Part shown: positions 49,270 through 63,700 of the stretch, one piece after another
How the letters are laid out: every line of letters begins with the position of its first letter
Numbering within the stretch: the first letter of the stretch is position 1
Origin: Heterodontus francisci
Taxonomy: Eukaryota
Assembly: GCF_036365525.1 (NCBI RefSeq)
Contig: NC_090399.1
Coordinates: 54,034,430 to 54,098,429, forward strand
Length of the DNA: 64,000 nucleotides
Direction of reading: 5' to 3'
Program-made: the position numbers and the translations under genes
Notes under the pieces: generated by a model
Seen by the model: only the letters and a program-made list of their open reading frames with translations
Told to the model about the DNA's origin: nothing
Database searches by the model: none

Positions 49270-51040
49270 TAAAGAGGCTACAAAGGGATATATGTAGGTT
49301 AAGTGAATGAGTAAAGACCTGGCAAATGGAGTATAATGTGGGAAAATGTGAAATTGTCCATTTTGGCAGGAAAAATAAAAAAGAAGCATATTATCTAAAT
49401 GGTGAGAGATTGCAGAGCTCTGAGATGCAGAGGGACCTGGGTGTCCTAGTGCATGAATTGCTAACGATTAGTATGCAGGTACAGCACATAATTAGGAAAG
49501 CTAATGAATGTTATCGTTTATCGCGAGGGGAATTGAATACAAAAGTAGGGAGGTTATGCTTCAGCTATACAGGGCATTGGTGAGACCACATCTGGAGTAC
49601 TGTGTACAGTATTGGTCTCCTTATTTAAGGAAGGATGTAAATGCGTTGGAGGCAGTACAGAGAAGGTTTACTAGACTAATAACTGGTGTGACAACCAGGT
49701 TAGAAAGGTGTCTAAGGGTCCCTCTCAGCCTTCACCTGGTCTTACTGTAACAGGGTTTAATTTTAAGCACATTGTTTTCAGCACCCCCTTGGTGAAACCC
49801 TTTTCACCGCTTTCCAATTGTAAGGCAAAGAAACCAGCACAAACAAGCTTTCTCAGGTTCAAAGAAGAAAAGTTGAAAGTTATTAAACTTAATCTTAAAC
49901 TATAATTCGGTTAACGTCTACGGATACACGAAGTGCCCATGCTAGCATGCACACGAGATACACACACGTAAATAGAGACAGAAAAGAGCAGACGAAAAAT
50001 AAAGTGGAAAAATTTGAGGCAATGTCTGAGTGTTTGTTACGGTTCTTTGAGCTCACTGTACAGTCCTTGATTGTAGGTAGATCTTGCTTTGCTCTGGGGC
50101 TCAGTATTCTTCTTAAACGTTGTTCGCTGTAGGAGACTTTTCTCTCATGAGGTTCATATGTCTACAGTGAATTCAGTGGTTTGTGAGAAAGAGATGGGAG
50201 CAGACAGGGGAGAGATCTTCTCAGTTCAGGAGCAAACAGCTTTCTGTTCAAACTGTTTGTACAAATTCAAAAAAACTCAGGTTGCCCAGCAGGTTAGTCA
50301 TGTGACTAGCTGTTTTGACCATGTCTGTTTGTGTATTTGGCCATCTTGGCAGTCAACCTGGAATGTGAGCTCCCCCACCTTCAAAGTCTGGTGATCAAAA
50401 GTCCATTGTGGGTTGAATCTGTCAGCTGCTTTGTCCTTCCAAACACTATCTGTTAATATGCAAATGTCTTTTCCAGCCATGACTGATCTGTTTATCAAGT
50501 CCTTTCTTACTGCAGTAACAGTTTAAAATCAATGTTCATGACGAAATTAATGTGCCTCATTCTTGGCAGGTTGGGGCCTAGCATGACACTGGAATGGGCG
50601 GGCTGTCTTACGAGGCAAGAATGGACAAGCTAGGCTTGTATCCGCTGGAGTTTAGAAGAGTACAATGCGACTTGATTGAAACATATAAGAACCTGAGGGG
50701 TCTTGACAGGGTGGATGTGGAAAGGATGTTTCCTCTTGTGGGAGAATCTAGAACTAGGGGTCACTGTTTAAAAATAAGGGCTCACCCATTTAAGACAGAG
50801 ATGAGGAAAAACAATTTTCTCTGAGGGTCGTGAATCTTTGGAATTCTCTTCCTCAAAAGGCGGTGGAAGTAGAGTCTTTGAATATTTTTAAGATTGAGGT
50901 AGATAGATTCTTGATAAGCAAGGGGGTGAAAGGTTATCGGGGCTAAATGGAACTGTGGAGTAATCAGTTCGGCCATGAACTTATTGAATGGTGGAGTAGG
51001 CTCGAGGGGCCGAGTGGCCTACTCCTGCTCCTAATTCGTA
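49270..51040 (+). mobile_element. CR1 3' fragment split by a solo LTR
   Basis: MEYNVGKCEIVHFGRKN...QRRFTRLITG | MGGLSYEARMDKLGL...; 3' UTR at about 51000. Confidence 0.92.
49687..50588 (-). mobile_element. Solo LTR (Gypsy-type)
   Basis: TGTGAC...ATGACA termini with a perfect CTGG TSD; the end resembles the reverse complement of 33350-33446. Confidence 0.92.
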
Positions 51041-51049
51041 GGTTGATAT

Positions 51050-52250
51050 ATTCACACCACCTTCTACACACAACCACACTCACCACCTTACACACACCTA
51101 CCACATTCTCACTCCCTTATTCACACATACACACCACTCATACCACTCTGCACCTTGTATGTGCACACAACACATTTGCTCCACGTTGTGTACACTCACA
51201 CCACTTTGTACACACACCCCACACTCTCACCACCTTGTGCACAGAACCCACACTCCACACTATCACCACATTGTACACACACCACACTCAGACCACTGTA
51301 CACGTGCCACACACACCACCTTGTACACAGCCCATAGTCACACATCCTTGTACTTACAGTAAACACTGACTCCCCTTGCACACACACACCACCTTGTACA
51401 CACATTCCCACACTTACACCATCTTGTACACACACACTCCACATTCACACCATCTTGTATCCACCCACCACACATACCTTGTACACACCCGCCACACTCA
51501 CACCACCTTGTACACACGCACCCCACATTCACACCACCTTCGACACACTCCACTATTACACCACCTTCTACATATATACCCCACATTTACACATCTTGTA
51601 CACACACCTTGCACTCGCACCACATTTTACACACAGCAAACACAGACTCCCCTTGTACACACACAACCGAAACTCGCACACCTTGTACACACACACTCAA
51701 CACTCACAAAAGCTTGTACACAAGCTCTGCACATTCACAACACTTTATACATACATCCCACAGTCACACTTCATTGTACACACAACACACGCTAACATCA
51801 CCTTGGACACACACCTCACACTCACACTACATTGTACACACACCATACATTCACACCACCTTGTACACACACACTACGCTCACATCATCTTGTTCACACC
51901 CATCACACTCACACCACCTTGTACACACATCCCACATGCCCACCACATTGTACACACACCACATTCATACTTCAGTGTTCATGCAAACCCCACAGTCTCA
52001 CCACTTTGTCCACGAGCCCCATGAGCACATCACATCATACACACACACCACATGCACACATTGTATACACATATTATACTCACACCATCTTGTATACACA
52101 CCTCATATGTACACCACCTTGTACACATACTCCCCACACTCATACCACCATGTACACCCCAGACTCACATCAACGTGTACACACACCACACTCATTGCAC
52201 CTGGTACACACACACACATAGCACAAGCGCACCACTTTGTACACACAACA
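51050..52250. repeat. Degenerate CA-rich minisatellite (also 49130-49260)
   Basis: Diverged copies of cacactcacaccaccttgtacacac. Confidence 0.9.
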
Positions 52251-52255
52251 CAAAC

Positions 52256-54722
52256 TGGCTGGGATTTTAATTGTCCCTCGACGATCCCGACAGCTGTACC
52301 GAAAGTTGGCGCAATTTCCGCTTCTGCCATTTTCTCATATCCCACATGATTTTATATTTAAATGAACAGTGTGACAATGGGCATGGGAGACATGTGGGAT
52401 CATTTTTTAAAAATTCAGTCATGGAATGTGGGCATCGCTGGCCAGGCCAGCATTTATTGCCCATCTCTAATTGCTCTTGAGAAGGTGGTGGTGAGCTGCC
52501 TTCTTGAACTACTGAAGTCCAGGTGGAGTAGGTACAACCACAGTGCTATTAGGAAGGGAGTTCCAGGATTTTGACCCAGCGACAGTGAAGGAACAGTGAT
52601 ATAGTTCCAAGTCAGGATGGTGTGTGACTTGGAGGGGGACTTGCAGATGGTGGTGTTCCCATGGATTTGCTGCCCTTGTCCTTCTAGTTGGTAGAGGTCG
52701 TGGGTTTGGAAGGCGCTGTCTAAGGATCCTTGGTGCATTGCTGCAGTGCATCTTGTAGATGGTACACACTGCTGCCACTGTGTAGGAGGGAGTGAACGTT
52801 TGTGGGGTACTAATCAAGCGGCTGCTTTGTCCTGGATGGTGTCGAGCTTCTTGAGTGTTGTTGGAGCTGCACCCATCCAGGCAAGTGGAGAGTATTCCAT
52901 CACACTCCTGACCTGTGCCTTGTAGATGGTGGACAGGTTTTGAGGAGTCAGGAGGTGAGCTACTTGCCACAGGATTCCTAGCCTCAGACCTGCTCTTGTA
53001 GTCACGGTATTTATATGGCTACTCCAGTTCAGTTTCTGGTCAATGGTAGCCCCTAGAATGTTGATAGTGGGAAATTCAGTGATGGTAATGTCATTGAATG
53101 TCAAGGGGAGATGGTTAGATTCTCTGTTGTTGGAGATGGTCATTGCCTGGCAGTTGTGTGGCATGAATGTTATTTGCTATTATCAGCCCAAGCCTGGATA
53201 TTGTCCAGGTCTCGCTGCATTTCGACACGGACTGCTTCAGTATCTGAGGAGTCCCAAATGGTGCTGAACATTGTGCAATCATCAGCGAACATCCCCACTT
53301 CTGACTTTATGCTTGAAGGAAGGTCATTGATGAAGCAGCTAAAGATGGCTGGGCCTAGGACAGTGTCTGAAAGCTGCATGGCCCAAGACTCCTCCTCTGG
53401 GAAGGAAGATGAAACCAATGCCCCAGAGGGTGCCCCGTCACCTGCCTCTTCTTCCACCTCGGCCAGCGCAGATACATCCACACGGTCAGATGGGGTGGAG
53501 TTTAAGATTAGAATCTGGGTCACAATCTGGTGGTCATGACACAGATACATCCCAGCAGCTGAGGGAGCATGTGCCAGCAGAGTCACCTGACGATGGGAGG
53601 ACTGCTGGGGACCAGGCCCCTGCTCAACCCACACTCATGATGATCCTCTGTTTGTTGCTATGAGAAGTCTGCTGGATGTGCAGCAAAGCCATGTGGAAAA
53701 TATGTCAGAGATGCCTGAGGTCATGTGTGGCTTTGTATGTGCCATGGAGGAGTCCATGCGAGCCATGATGTCTGACATGTCCCAGGCATTTGAGCGTATG
53801 ACTTCCTCAGTCGAGAGTCTGGTGAGTTGCATGGTGAGTCTGGTTAAACACTCGAGCCATCTGTGATCTGACCTGCACCCAATGCTGTTGCTGTGGGGTC
53901 CATGCAGCAGAGTCTAAGTGAGAGGGGGCAGAGGAACCTGGACCTCCCTCCAGGTGCTCCATCCCCTCAGGGAGACTGGCAGGTGCCATCATGTACCCAG
54001 ATGGAGGATGAGCACGTGCCAGCTTCCCCGGGGCCTTCCTCTCAGGACAGCACCAGGGGTAGGCAGCGTCTCGCACTCCCCCCGACATTGAGCCCCTTAC
54101 CTCCAGCAGGTGAGCACACGGGGGAGACTCGAGCACCATTGCTGCAGACCCCCAGTAGGATGGAGCCATCAAGGACCCGTTCCGGCAGAGGATGCCCACC
54201 ATGGTCATCCACAGTAACGGGGCAGCGCACTGAGCAGACTGACTCCACCTCAGCTGTTGTTGTCAGGGTTGTCCTCCCCTCCTACCTCCCCTGCTCCTCC
54301 ATGTAGACCCACCCATGCCTTCACCACCATTCTCTGAGAAGAATCGCCCTTGCTAGTGCCGAACCTGGAGCCAAACATCCATTCCAATGTTGGTATTCCT
54401 TTTACCAATGAGTTCAAGAAAGAAAGACACTGACCTCAGACACAACTGCACAAAGGACTGTTATAAACCAGGATCAAGCAAACGTCAATCAGGTAGCAGA
54501 GAAATACCATTCAGCGTTCACTTAATCTGGCAGGTCAGACGGAATTCAAACTAAGTGTAGGGTAATGAATATTCATGGTATGTAAATGAATGCAAAGCTG
54601 TAATGTGCCACCGTGCAGGGGGGAGCCCCAGAACGCCACAAACACACCGATGACCTAATTTCTCTAAAGAAATCCTGCAATCGGAAATCCGAAAAAACAA
54701 CTCACGCCTGATTAAATCTCCC
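52256..54722 (+). mobile_element. Harbinger-like relic with an inserted LINE
   Basis: Imperfect inverted ends (ggctgggattttaat / attaaatctcccc); coiled-coil-like LLDVQQSHVENMSEM...MEESMRAM coding relic at 53400-54260. Confidence 0.45.
52405..53361 (-). mobile_element. Second LINE family, 3' fragment
   Basis: VLGPAIFSCFINDLPS...MFADDCT; TIYKAQVRSVMEYSPLAW; 3' UTR gggcaataaatgctggcc. Confidence 0.92.
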
Positions 54723-54784
54723 CACACACACCAAAGCTGTTCTTGCAGGGAACATAACATTCCACCCACTGACTCCACCTTCTA

Positions 54785-57717
54785 CACGAAGAGCACACAC
54801 TCATATCACCTTGTACACACCCGGAACCCACACCACCTTGTACACACACATCCCACACTCACACCACCTTGTACACACACATCCCACATTCACACCACCT
54901 TCGACACACACATTCCATACTCGCACCACCTTCTACATACACATTCCATACTCACACCACCTTCGACACACACATCCCACACTCACACCACCTTCGACAC
55001 ACACATTCCATACTCGCACCACCTTCGACACACACATTCCATACTCGCACCACCTTCGACACACACATCCCACACTCACACCACCTTCGACACACACATC
55101 CCACACTCACACCACCTTGTACACACACATCCCACACTCACACCACCTTCGACACACACATTCCATACTCGCACCACCTTCGACACACACATCCCACACT
55201 CACACCACCTTCTACATACACATTCCATACTCACACCACCTTCTACACACACATTCCATACTCACACCACCTTCTACATACACATTCCATACTCACACCA
55301 CCTTCTACACACACATCCCACACTCACACCACCTTGTACACACACATCCCACACTCACACCACCTTCTACATACACATTCCATACTCACACCACCTTGTA
55401 CACACACATTCCATACTCACACCACCTTGTACACACACATCCCACACTCGCACCACCTTCGACACACACATCCCATACTCGCACCACCTTCTACACACAC
55501 ATTCCATACTCACACCACCTTCTACACACACATTCCATACTCACACCACCTTGGACACACACATCCCACATTCACACCACCTTGTACACACACATTCCAT
55601 ACTCACACCACCTTGTACACACACATCCCACACTCGCACCACCTTCGACACACACATCCCATACTCGCACCACCTTCTACACACACATTCCATACTCACA
55701 CCACCTTCGACACACACATCCCATACTCGCACCACCTTGTACACACACATTCCATACTCACACCACCTTCTACATACACATTCCATACTCACACCACCTT
55801 CGACACACACATTCCATACTCGCACCACCTTGTACACACACATTCCACACTCACACCACCTTCTACACACACATCCCACACTCACACCACCTTCTACATA
55901 CACATTCCATACTCGCACCACCTTCGACACACACATTCCATACTCACACCACCTTGTACACACACATTCCATACTCACACCACCTTCTACACACACATCC
56001 CACACTCACACCACCTTCGACACACACATTCCATACTCGCACCACCTTCGACACACACATTCCATACTCGCACCACCTTCTACACACACATCCCACACTC
56101 ACACCACCTTCTACACACACATCCCACACTCACACCACCTTCGACACACACATTCCATACTCGCACCACCTTCTACACACACATCCCACACTCACACCAC
56201 CTTCTACACACACATCCCACACTCACACCACCTTCGACACACACATTCCATACTCGCACCACCTTCTACACACACATCCCACACTCACACCACCTTCTAC
56301 ACACACATTCCATACCCACACCACCTTGTACACACACATCCCACACTCACACCACCTTCGACACACACATTCCATACTCGCACCACCTTCTACACACACA
56401 TCCCACACTCACACCACCTTCGACAAACACATTCCATACTCGCACCACCTTCGACACACACATTCCATACTCGCACCACCTTCGACAAACACATTCCATA
56501 CTCGCACCACCTTCTACACACACATCCCACACTCACACCACCTTCGACAAACACATTCCATACTCGCACCACCTTCTACACACACATCCCACACTCACAC
56601 CACCTTCTACATACACATTCCATACTCACACCACCTTGTACACACACATCCCACACTCACACCACCTTCGACAAACACATTCCATACTCGCACCACCTTC
56701 TACACACACATCCCACACTCACACCACCTTCTACATACACATTCCATACTCACACCACCTTGTACACACACATCCCACACTCACACCACCTTCTACACAC
56801 ACATTCCATACTCACACCACCTTCTACACACACATTCCATACTCACACCACCTTGGACACACACATCCCACATTCACACCAAATTGTACACATGCAGCCC
56901 ACACTCACACCACCTTGTACAGACATCCCAAACTCACACCACCTTGTACAGACATCCCAAACTCACACCACCTTGTACACACATCCCACACTCACACCAG
57001 CTTGCACATACATCCCGCACTCACACCACCTTGTACACACATCCCACACTCACACCAGCTTGCACATACATCCCGCACTCACACCACCTTGTACACACAT
57101 CCCACACTCACACCAGCTTGCACATACATCCCGCACTCACACCACCTTGGACACACACATCCCGCACTCACACCACCTTGGACACACACATCCCACACTC
57201 ACACCACCTTGTACACACATCCCACACTCACACCACCTTGTACATACATCCTATACTCACACCACCTTGTACACACACATCCCACACTCACAGCACCTTG
57301 TACACACATCCCACACTCACACAACCTTGTACACACACAACCTACACTCACACCACCTTGTACATACATCCCGCACTCACACCACCTTGGACACACACAT
57401 CCCGCACTCACACCACCTTGGACACACACATCCCACACTCACACCACCTTGTACACACATCCCACACTCACACCACCTTGTACATACATCCTATACTCAC
57501 ACCACCTTGGACACACACATCCCACACTCACACCACCTTGTACACACATCCCACACTCACACCACCTTGTACATACATCCTATACTCACACCACCTTGTA
57601 CACACACATCCCACACTCACAGCACCTTGTACACACATCCCACACTCACACAACCTTGTACACACACAACCTACACTCACACCACCTTGTACACACATCC
57701 CACACTCACACCACCTT
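54785..57717. repeat. 31-bp (29/31-bp at right end) CA-rich minisatellite, about 95 copies
   Basis: Unit cca(c/t)actc(a/g)caccacctt(cta/cga/gta)cacacacat(c/t). Confidence 0.98.
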
Positions 57718-60700
57718 AAACCTGTATTAAATTAGTGAGTGAGCTCGATTCACTGATGGTCCATGACTGGGATTGGATTCAGTGGGAGACAGTGATCAGG
57801 GTCCAGTTAAACCTGTATTAAATTAGTGAGTGAGCTCGATTCACTGATGGTCCATGACTGGGATTGGATTCAGTGGGAGACAGTGATCAGGGTCCAGTTA
57901 AACCTGTATTAAATTAGTGAGTGAGCTCGATTCACTGATGGTCCATGACTGGGATTGGATTCAGTGGGAGACAGTGATCAGGGTCCAGTTAAACCTGTAT
58001 TAAATTAGTGAGTGAGCTCGATTCACTGATGGTCCATGACTGGGATTGGATTCAGTGGGAGACAGTGATCAGGGTCCAGTTAAACCTGTATTAAATTAGT
58101 GAGTGAACTCGATTCACTGATGGTCCATGACTGGGATTGGATTCAGTGGGAGACAGTGATCAGGGTCCAGTTAAAACTGTATTAAATAAGTGAGTGAGCT
58201 CGATTCACTGATGGTCCATGACTGGGATTGGATTCAGTGGGAGACAGTGATCAGAGTTCAGTTAAACCTGTATTAAATTAGTGAGTGAGCTCGATTCACT
58301 GATGGTCCATGACTGGGATTGGATTCAGTGGGAGACAGTGATCAGGGTCCAGTTAAACCTGTATTAAATTAGTGAGTGAGCTCGATTCACTGATGGTCCA
58401 TGACTGGGATTGGATTCAGTGGGAGACAGTGATCAGGGTCCAGTTAAACCTGTATTAAATTAGTGAGTGAGCTCGATTCACTGATGGTCCTTGACTGGGA
58501 TTGGATTCAGTGGGAGACAGTGATCAGGGTCCAGTTAAAACTGTATTAAATTAGTGAGTGAGCTCGATTCACTGATGGTCCATGACTGGGATTGGATTCA
58601 GTGGGAGACAGTGATCAGGGTCCAGTTAAACCTGTATTAAATTAGTGAGTGAGCTCGATTCACTGATGGTTCATGACTGGGATTGGATTCATTGGGAGAC
58701 AGTGATCAGGGTCCAGTTAAACCTGTATTAAATTAGTGAGTGAGCTCGATTCACTGATGGTCCTTGACTGGGATTGGATTCAGTGGGAGACAGTGATCAG
58801 GGTCCAGTTAAAACTGTATTAAATTAGTGAGTGAGCTCGATTCACTGATGGTCCATGACTGGGATTGGATTCAGTGGGAGACAGTGATCAGGGTCCAGTT
58901 AAACCTGTATTAAATTAGTGAGTGAGCTCGATTCACTGATGGTTCATGACTGGGATTGGATTCATTGGGAGACAGTGATCAGGGTCCAGTTAAACCTGTA
59001 TTAAATTAGTGAGTGAACTCGATTCACTGATGGTCCATGACTGGGATTGGATTCAGTGGGAGACAGTGATCAGGGTCCAGTTAAACCTGTATTAAATTAG
59101 TGAGTGAACTCGATTCACTGATGGTCCATGACTGGGATTGGATTCAGTGGGAGACAGTGATCAGGGTCCAGTTAAACCTGTATTAAATTAGTGAGTGAGC
59201 TCGATTCACTGATGGTCCATGACTGGGATTGGATTCAGTGGGAGACAGTGATCAGGGTCCAGTTAAACCCGTATTAAATTAGTGAGTGAGCTCGATTCAC
59301 TGATGGTCCATGACTGGGATTGGATTCAGTGGGAGACAGTGATCAGGGTCCAGTTAAACCTGTATTAAATTAGTGAGTGAGCTCGATTCACTGATGGTCC
59401 ATGACTGGGATTGGATTCAGTGGGAGACAGTGATCAGGGTCCAGTTAAACCTGTATTAAATTAGTGAGTGAGCTCGATTCACTGATGGTCCATGACTGGG
59501 ATTGGATTCAGTGGGAGACAGTGATCAGGGTCCAGTTAAACCTGTATTAAATTAGTGAGTGAGCTCGATTCACTGATGGTCCATGACTGGGATTGGATTC
59601 AGTGGGAGACAGTGATCAGGGTCCAGTTAAACCTGTATTAAATTAGTGAGTGAGCTCGATTCACTGATGGTCCATGACTGGGATTGGATTCAGTGGGAGA
59701 CAGTGATCAGGGTCCAGTTAAACCCGTATTAAATTAGAGAGTGAGCTCGATTCACTGATGGTCCATGACTGGGATTGGATTCAGTGGGAGACAGTGATCA
59801 GGGTCCAGTTAAACCTGTATTAAATTAGTGAGTGAGCTCGATTCACTGATGGTCCATGACTGGGATTGGATTCAGTGGGAGACAGTGATCAGGGTTCAGT
59901 TAAACCTGTATTAAATTAGTGAGTGAGCTCGATTCACTGATGGTCCATGACTGGGATTGGATTCAGTGGGAGACAGTGATCAGGGTTCAGTTAAACCCGT
60001 ATTAAATTAGTGAGTGAGCTCGATTCACTGATGGTCCATGACTGGGATTAGATTCAGTGGGAGACAGTGATCAGGGTCCAGTTAAACCTGTATTAAATTA
60101 GTGAGTGAGCTCGATTCACTGATGGTCCATGACTGGGATTGGATTCAGTGGGAGACAGTGATCAGGGTCCAGTTAAACCTGTATTAAATTAGTGAGTGAG
60201 CTCGATTCACTGATGGTCCATGACTGGGATTGGATTCAGTGGGAGACAGTGATCAGGGTCCAGTTAAACCTGTATTAAATTAGTGAGTGAGCTCGATTCA
60301 CTGATGGTCCATGACTGGGATTGGATTCAGTGGGAGACAGTGATCAGGGTCCAGTTAAACCTGTATTAAATTAGTGAGTGAGCTCGATTCACTGATGGTC
60401 CATGACTGGGATTAGATTCAGTGGGAGACAGTGATCAGGGTCCAGTTAAACCTGTATTAAATTAGTGAGTGAGCTCGATTCACTGATGGTCCATGACTGG
60501 GATTGGATTCAGTGGGAGACAGTGATCAGGGTCCAGTTAAACCTGTATTAAATTAGTGAGTGAGCTCAATTCACTGATGGTTCATGACTGGGATTGGATT
60601 CAGTGGGAGACAGTGATCAGGGTCCAGTTAAACCTGTATTAAATTAGTGAGTGAGCTCAAATCACTGATGGTTCATGACTGGGATTGGATTCAGTGGGAG

Positions 60701-63700
60701 ACAGTGATCAGGGTCCAGTTAAACCTGTATTAAATTAGTGAGTGAGCTCGATTCACTGATGGTCCATGACTGGGATTGGATTCAGTGGGAGACAGTGATC
60801 AGGGTCCAGTTAAACCTGTATTAAATTAGTGAGTGAGCTCGATTCACTGATGGTCCATGACTGGGATTAGATTCAGTGGGAGACAGTGATCAGGGTCCAG
60901 TTAAACCTGTATTAAATTAGTGAGTGAGCTCGATTCACTGATGGTCCATGACTGGGATTGGATTCAGTGGGAGACAGTGATCAGGGTCCAGTTAAACCTG
61001 TATTAAATTAGTGAGTGAGCTCGATTCACTGATGGTCCATGACTGGGATTGGATTCAGTGGGAGACAGTGATCAGGGTCCAGTTAAACCTGTATTAAATT
61101 AGTGAGAGAGCTCGATTCACTGATGGTCCATGACTGGGATTGGATTCAGTGGGAGACAGTGATCAGGGTCCAGTTAAACCTGTATTACATTAGTGAGTGA
61201 GCTCGATTCACTGATGGTCCATGACTGGGATTGGATTCAGTGGGAGACAGTGATCAGGGTCCAGTTAAACCTGTATTACATTAGTGAGTGAACTCGATTC
61301 ACTGATGGTCCATGACTGGGATTGGATTCAGTGGGAGACAGTGATCAGGGTCCAGTTAAACCTGTATTAAATTAGTGAGTGAGCTCGATTCACTGATGGT
61401 CCATGACTGGGATTGGATTCAGTGGGAGACAGTGATCAGGGTCCAGTTAAACCTGTATTAAATTAGTGAGAGAGCTCGATTCACTGATGGTCCATGACTG
61501 GGATTGGATTCAGTGGGAGACAGTGATCAGGGTCCAGTTAAAACTGTATTAAATTAGTGAGTGAACTCGATTCACTGATGGTCCATGACTGGGATTGGAT
61601 TCAGTGGGAGACAGTGATCAGGGTCCAGTTAAACCTGTATTAAATTAGTGAGTGAGCTCGATTCACTGATGGTCCATGACTGGGATTGGATTCAGTGGGA
61701 GACAGTGATCAGGGTCCAGTTAAACCTGTATTAAATTAGTGAGAGAGCTCGATTCACTGATGGTCCATGACTGGGATTGGATTCAGTGGGAGACAGTGAT
61801 CAGGGTCCAGTTAAACCTGTATTACATTAGTGAGTGAGCTCGATTCACTGATGGTCCATGACTGGGATTGGATTCAGTGGGAGACAGTGATCAGGGTCCA
61901 GTTAAACCTGTATTACATTAGTGAGTGAACTCGATTCACTGATGGTCCATGACTGGGATTGGATTCAGTGGGAGACAGTGATCAGGGTCCAGTTAAACCT
62001 GTATTAAATTAGTGAGTGAGCTCGATTCACTGATGGTCCATGACTGGGATTGGATTCAGTGGGAGACAGTGATCAGGGTCCAGTTAAACCTGTATTAAAT
62101 TAGTGAGAGAGCTCGATTCACTGATGGTCCATGACTGGGATTGGATTCAGTGGGAGACAGTGATCAGGGTCCAGTTAAACCTGTATTAAATTAGTGAGAG
62201 AGCTCGATTCACTGATGGTCCATGACTGGGATTGGATTCAGTGGGAGACAGTGATCAGGGTCCAGTTAAACCTGTATTACATTAGTGAGTGAACTCGATT
62301 CACTGATGGTCCATGACTGGGATTGGATTCAGTGGGAGACAGTGATCAGGGTCCAGTTAAACCTGTATTAAATTAGTGAGAGAGCTCGATTCACTGATGG
62401 TCCATGACTGGGATTGGATTCAGTGGGAGACAGTGATCAGGGTCCAGTTAAACCTGTATTAAATTAGTGAGTGAGCTCGATTCACTGATGGTCCATGACT
62501 GGGATTGGATTCAGTGGGAGACAGTGATCAGAGTCCAGTTAAACCTGTATTAAATTAGTGAGTGAACTCGATTCACTGATGGTCCATGACTGGGATTGGA
62601 TTCAGTGGGAGACAGTGATCAGGGTCCAGTTAAACCTGTATTAAATTAGTGAGTGAGCTCGATTCACTGATGGTCCATGACTGGGATTGGATTCAGTGGG
62701 AGACAGTGATCAGGGTCCAGTTAAACCTGTATTAAATTAGTGAGTGAGCTCGATTCACTGATGGTCCATGACTGGGATTAGATTCAGTGGGAGACAGTGA
62801 TCAGGGTCCAGTTAAACCTGTATTAAATTAGTGAGTGAGCTCGATTCACTGATGGTCCATGACTGGGATTGGATTCAGTGGGAGACAGTGATCAGGGTTC
62901 AGTTAAACCTGTATTAAATTAGTGAGTGAACTCGATTCACTAATGGTCCATGACTGGGATTGGATTCAGTGGGAGACAGTGATCAGGGTTCAGTTAAACC
63001 TGTATTAAATTAGTGAGTGAGCTCGATTCACTGATGGTCCATGACTGGGATTGGATTCAGTGGGAGACAGTGATCAGGGTTCAGTTAAACCTGTATTAAA
63101 TTAGTGAGTGAGCTCGATTCACTGATGGTCCATGACTGGGATTGGATTCAGTGGGAGACAGTGATCAGGGTTCAGTTAAACCTGTATTAAATTAGTGAGT
63201 GAGCTCGATTCACTGATGGTCCATGACTGGGATTGGATTCAGTGGGAGACAGTGATCAGGGTCCAGTTAAACCTGTATTAAATTAGTGAGTGAGCTCGAT
63301 TCACTGATGGTCCATGACTGGGATTGGATTCAGTGGGAGACAGTGATCAGGGTCCAGTTAAACCTGTATTAAATTAGTGAGTGAGCTCGATTCACTGATG
63401 GTCCATGACTGGGATTGGATTCAGTGGGAGACAGTGATCAGGGTCCAGTTAAACCTGTATTAAATTAGTGAGTGAGCTCGATTCACTGATGGTCCATGAC
63501 TGGGATTGGATTCAGTGGGAGACAGTGATCAGGGTCCAGTTAAACCTGTATTAAATTAGTGAGTGAGCTCGATTCACTAATGGTCCATGACTGGGATTGG
63601 ATTCAGTGGGAGACAGTGATCAGGGTCCAGTTAAACCTGTATTAAATTAGTGAGTGAGCTCGATTCACTGATGGTCCATGACTGGGATTGGATTCAGTGG

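Noticed and set aside
51155-52349. His/Thr-rich ORFs
   Set aside because: Degenerate CA-rich repeat.
54811-57735. Very long His/Thr-rich ORFs (974, 953 and 722 aa) and Cys/Val-rich antisense ORFs
   Set aside because: Artefacts of a stop-free 31-bp minisatellite that is open in all three frames.
57788-57815. V(D)J recombination-signal-like gacagtg...ttaaacc in each 91-bp unit
   Set aside because: The heptamer lacks the essential CAC and the nonamer and spacing fit poorly.
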